Below are positions 46,926-49,785 of a DNA stretch of 49,785 bases, one piece after another. Origin of the DNA: an uncultured Lentisphaeraceae bacterium (lineage in GTDB: Bacteria > Verrucomicrobiota > Kiritimatiellia > RFP12 > UBA1067); NCBI GenBank assembly GCA_964650165.1, contig CAZYQF010000002.1, positions 1 through 49,785 of the forward strand, given 5' to 3'. Within the stretch, counting starts at the first letter, position 1, and each line of letters starts with the position of its first letter. The notes below the pieces were generated by a model, which had not been told where the DNA came from, did not search any database, and saw nothing but the letters and a program-made list of their open reading frames with translations. The translations under genes and the position numbers were made by a program.

Positions 46926-46964
46926 TAAAAAAAGAGGCGCGGCCTTGCGGTCGCGCCTCTTTTT
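46926..46964 (-). terminator. Rho-independent terminator downstream of pnp
   Basis: A 9-bp GC stem AGAGGCGCG/CGCGCCTCT with a 10-nt loop, followed on the minus strand by TTTTTTTA. It is flanked by an A-run and a T-run, so it is potentially bidirectional. Confidence 0.8.
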
Positions 46965-46983
46965 CGCTGAATGCGGGGATCCC

Positions 46984-49089
46984 TTACGCCTGGGCGTCGA
47001 GTTCCTTCATCGCCGCCTTGCGGCTGAGCTTGATGCGTCCGCGCTCGTCGACGTCAAGGCACTTGACCGTGACCTTGTCGCCGATCTTGCAGACGCCTTC
47101 CATCGACTTGAGGAACTTGTCCGAGAACTCGGAGATGTGGCAGAGGCCGTCCATGCCGGGGAGGATCTCGACGAACGCGCCGAACTCCTTGATGCCGGTG
47201 ATGGTGCCCTCGTAGATCTTGCCGATCTCGGCGACGGCGCTGACCGCGCCGACCGCGCGCTTGGCGGCTTCCATCGACTCGGCATTGGTCGCGAAGATCG
47301 AGACCTTGCCGTCGTCGTCGATGTCGATCTGGGCGCCGGTCGTCTCGACGATGCCGCGGATGTTGGATCCTCCGGGGCCGATGAGCGCGCCGATCTTGTC
47401 GACGGGAATCTGCATCTCCTCGATCCGCGGGGCGAACGGGTTGAGTTCGGCGCGCGGAGCCGGGAGAACGGTCTCCATGAAGTCGATGATCTTGAGACGG
47501 GCGTCGTGGGCGGCCTTGATGGAGTCCTCGACGAGGTCCCAGGTGAGGCCGCGGAGCTTGAGGTCGACCTGGAAGCCGGTGATGCCCTTGCGGGTTCCGC
47601 CGACCTTGAAGTCCATGTCGCCGCAGTGGTCTTCGGAACCGAGGATGTCGGTGACGAGAACCTTCTTCGACTGGTCGGCGTTCGTGAACAGGCCGATCGA
47701 GATGCCGGCGACGGTGCGCTTCAGCGGCACGCCCGCGTCCATAAGGGCGAGGCAGCCGTTGCAGATCGACGCCATCGACGAGGAGCCGTTGGAGCCCATG
47801 ATCTCGGAGACGACGCGGATCGAGTACGGGAAATCATCGGGGAGGACCTCCGCCAGCGCACGTTCCGCAAGAGCTCCGTGGCCGATCTCGCGGCGGCCCG
47901 TCGAGCCGAGACGGCCGACTTCGCCCACGCTGTACGGCGGGAAGTTGTAGTGGAGCATGAAGCGCTTGGAGAGCTCGCCGCCGGTGACGGAGTCGAGGTC
48001 CTGCGCGTCCTTCTTGGTGCCGAGGGTGACCGTCGAGAACGACTGGGTCTCGCCGCGCGAGAAGATCGCCGAACCGTGCAGGCGCGGGAACACGCTGACC
48101 TGGGCGGAGAGCGGACGGATCTCGTGCGAGGAACGTCCGTCGATGCGAAGGCCCCTCTCGAGGACGTTCGCGCGGACGGTCTCGATCTCGAGCGCGTCGA
48201 AGAGGTGCACGAAGCCGACGGCGTCAACCTCGGGCCATTTCTCGGAAACCTTCTTGAGGAGGGATTCCTTGATGGCGCTGACCTTGCCCTGGCGTTCGAG
48301 CTTGCCCTTGATCAGAAGCGCGGAGGCGAGAGCCTCGCCGCCTTCCTTGCGCATGAAGTCCATCTTGTCGGACGGCTGTTGGACGTCGGCGATGACCTTG
48401 TCCGGCTTGCCGAGCGCACGGCGCATCTCGATCTGGAGGTCGATGATCTTCTCGACTTCCTCGTGGGCGCGCTTGAGCGCGGCGACGAAATCCTCGTCGG
48501 AGATCTCGGCGGCCGAGCCCTCCATCATGAGGAACTTGCCGCGGATGCCGGCGTAGAGGAGGTCGAGATCCGACTTCGCCTTCTGCTCGTGAGTCGGATT
48601 GATGACCCACTGGCCGTCGACGCGGCCGATGCGGACGCAGCCGATCGGGCCCATGAACGGAATTTCGCTGATGTGAAGCGCAGCCGAAGTCGCGTTCACC
48701 GCGAGGAAGTCGGCTTCACGCGTGCCATCGCACTGGATGAGCGTGGAGTTGACCTGGACGTCGTTGTAGTAGCCCTCGGGGAAGAGCGGACGGACCGGAC
48801 GGTCGCACATGCGCGCCGTGAGGATCTCCTTGCTCGTCGGACGGGCCTCGCGCTTGAAGAATCCGCCCGGGAACTTGCCCGCCGCGTAGAACTTCTCGCG
48901 ATACTCGCACTGCAGCGGGAAGAAGTCGATGCCTTCCCGGGGGGTGTCGGTATTGGTCACCGCCGTAAAGACGGTGTTGTCACCGTATGAAACGGTGACG
49001 GCTCCGGCCGCTTGCTGCGCCAGGAGCCCGGTCTCGATCACGAGCGGAATGCCCGCGATGTCGACCTGGAACTTTTTCGTGCCTTCCAT
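46984..49089 (-). CDS. pnp: Polyribonucleotide nucleotidyltransferase (PNPase)
   Basis: Two RNase PH domains (FFPLQCEYREKFYAAGKFPGGFFKREARP, GRREIGHGALAERAL), a KH domain and an S1 domain (GKIYEGTITGIKEFGAFVEI). Start at ATG 49089. Confidence 0.95.
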   Translation of the reverse strand: MEGTKKFQVDIAGIPLVIETGLLAQQAAGAVTVSYGDNTVFTAVTNTDTPREGIDFFPLQCEYREKFYAAGKFPGGFFKREARPTSKEILTARMCDRPVRPLFPEGYYNDVQVNSTLIQCDGTREADFLAVNATSAALHISEIPFMGPIGCVRIGRVDGQWVINPTHEQKAKSDLDLLYAGIRGKFLMMEGSAAEISDEDFVAALKRAHEEVEKIIDLQIEMRRALGKPDKVIADVQQPSDKMDFMRKEGGEALASALLIKGKLERQGKVSAIKESLLKKVSEKWPEVDAVGFVHLFDALEIETVRANVLERGLRIDGRSSHEIRPLSAQVSVFPRLHGSAIFSRGETQSFSTVTLGTKKDAQDLDSVTGGELSKRFMLHYNFPPYSVGEVGRLGSTGRREIGHGALAERALAEVLPDDFPYSIRVVSEIMGSNGSSSMASICNGCLALMDAGVPLKRTVAGISIGLFTNADQSKKVLVTDILGSEDHCGDMDFKVGGTRKGITGFQVDLKLRGLTWDLVEDSIKAAHDARLKIIDFMETVLPAPRAELNPFAPRIEEMQIPVDKIGALIGPGGSNIRGIVETTGAQIDIDDDGKVSIFATNAESMEAAKRAVGAVSAVAEIGKIYEGTITGIKEFGAFVEILPGMDGLCHISEFSDKFLKSMEGVCKIGDKVTVKCLDVDERGRIKLSRKAAMKELDAQA

Positions 49090-49123
49090 GTCTTCTCTTT
49101 CTCTTTCTTTGTTTGTCAATCGC

Positions 49124-49384
49124 TTAGCGACGGATGCCGAGCTTGGCAATCAGGTCCTTGTAGGACTGCTCGTTCTCGCGCTTCAGGTAATCGAGGAGGT
49201 TGCGGCGGTTCTGAACCTTCCGCAGCAGGCCGTAGCGGGAGCTGTTGTCCTGCTTGTTCGCCTTGAGGTGCTCCGTCAGCGCTTCGATCTGCTTGGTGAG
49301 AATGGCGATCTGGACCTCGCTGGATCCCGTGTCGCGGTCGTGACGCTGGAATTCGGACTTGATGGCGGACTTGTCAACTTTCAT
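49124..49384 (-). CDS. rpsO: 30S ribosomal protein S15
   Basis: MKVDKSAIKSEFQRHDRDTGSSEVQIAILTKQIEALTEHLKANKQDNSSRYGLLRKV..., classic S15. Start at ATG 49384. Confidence 0.93.
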   Translation of the reverse strand: MKVDKSAIKSEFQRHDRDTGSSEVQIAILTKQIEALTEHLKANKQDNSSRYGLLRKVQNRRNLLDYLKRENEQSYKDLIAKLGIRR

Positions 49385-49429
49385 GATGCTGTGTTCTTTC
49401 TCATTATTCTGCAAACCGGGAAGCCATGA

Positions 49430-49495
49430 CCCCTGCCGATCGTCCGACCTTCGGACATCAGACGCTCCAATTTTTCAGAGCACCCGCGGCAGGGA
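49430..49495 (-). promoter_or_regulatory. Candidate structured element (three-way junction) in the rpsO 5' leader
   Basis: P1 pairs 49431-49438 with 49487-49494 (CCCTGCCG/CGGCAGGG). It encloses hairpins at 49442-49456 (GTCCGA/TCGGAC) and 49464-49481 (GCTC/GAGC). Confidence 0.4.
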
Positions 49496-49525
49496 TAACC
49501 TCCTAAGACAGTCGCAGGACACGCA

Positions 49526-49534
49526 TAATATACC
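49526..49534 (-). promoter_or_regulatory. Candidate extended -10 promoter (TGGTATATT) for rpsO-pnp
   Basis: Minus strand reads ATTTGGTATATTATGCG about 140 nt upstream of the rpsO ATG. Confidence 0.4.
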
Positions 49535-49563
49535 AAATATCCTCCCTCCCGCGCAAGTGGGAT

Positions 49564-49573
49564 TTGATATAAT
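49564..49573 (+). promoter_or_regulatory. Extended -10 promoter TTGATATAAT, 7 nt upstream of the tadA ATG (leaderless candidate)
   Basis: Plus strand reads GGGATTTGATATAATACGTGCG-ATG. No SD. Confidence 0.55.
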
Positions 49574-49580
49574 ACGTGCG

Positions 49581-49785
49581 ATGGAAAACGACGTGAAATA
49601 CATGGAAATGGCGCTGAGGGAGGCCGAAAAGGCCGCCGCGGACGGAGAGGTCCCGACCGGATGCGTCATCGTGAACAAGGACGGTCGCATCCTCGGACGG
49701 GCCCACAATCAGACCGAAGGCCTCACGGACGCGACCGCGCACGCCGAGATGCTCGCCCTTTCCGCCGCCTTCAACGCCACCGGAA
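49581..49785 (+). CDS. tadA: tRNA-specific adenosine deaminase TadA (5' part, runs off the right edge)
   Basis: Hand translation gives MENDVKYMEMALREAEKAAADGEVPTGCVIVNKDGRILGRAHNQTEGLTDATAHAEMLALSAAFNATG, which contains the deaminase H-A-E motif. It is missing from the ORF track because it is truncated. Confidence 0.85.
   Translation, partial: MENDVKYMEMALREAEKAAADGEVPTGCVIVNKDGRILGRAHNQTEGLTDATAHAEMLALSAAFNATG

Overview
High-GC (about 60%+) bacterial chromosomal segment, tightly packed. About 44 protein genes and one tRNA lie on the minus strand. Only the truncated tadA at the right edge is on the plus strand. The content is overwhelmingly housekeeping: mutY, ispE, pheT, dus, purM, fba, rhaB, polA, four phosphoribosyltransferases (purine PRT, apt, upp, pyrE), pilD, gpsA, ribBA, exbB/exbD, era, ligA, azlCD, kdsB, pnp, rpsO and tadA. 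I found no transposase, integrase, CRISPR array, prophage or recognisable defence island. The gene set (GYF-domain proteins, a Lys/Ala-rich histone H1-like protein, a GH106-like hydrolase, a lone prepilin peptidase) fits a PVC-group organism such as Kiritimatiellota, Lentisphaerota or Verrucomicrobiota, but that is inference only. The points I think deserve a second look are these. (1) A TTGATATAAT extended -10 motif occurs seven times, and five copies sit 6-8 nt before ATG codons that lack a Shine-Dalgarno sequence, which implies leaderless mRNAs. (2) One co-directional array carries two tandem GYF-domain paralogs, an unknown TPR-headed protein, Dus, an uncharacterised protein with an exact C2H2 zinc-finger spacing, and PheT. 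(3) RpiB and serine hydroxymethyltransferase are fused in a single ORF. (4) A MurU-like/AmgK-like fusion is coupled through an ATGA overlap to an unknown 696-aa protein whose C-terminus resembles an atypical (AceK-like) kinase core. (5) Era carries an in-frame palindromic insert. (6) The rpsO leader can fold as a three-way junction. (7) A heptanucleotide tandem repeat lies ahead of murU-amgK. Most long plus-strand ORFs in the supplied track are antisense shadow ORFs of the minus-strand genes. None of the novelty claims can be confirmed without database or HMM searches and transcript mapping.
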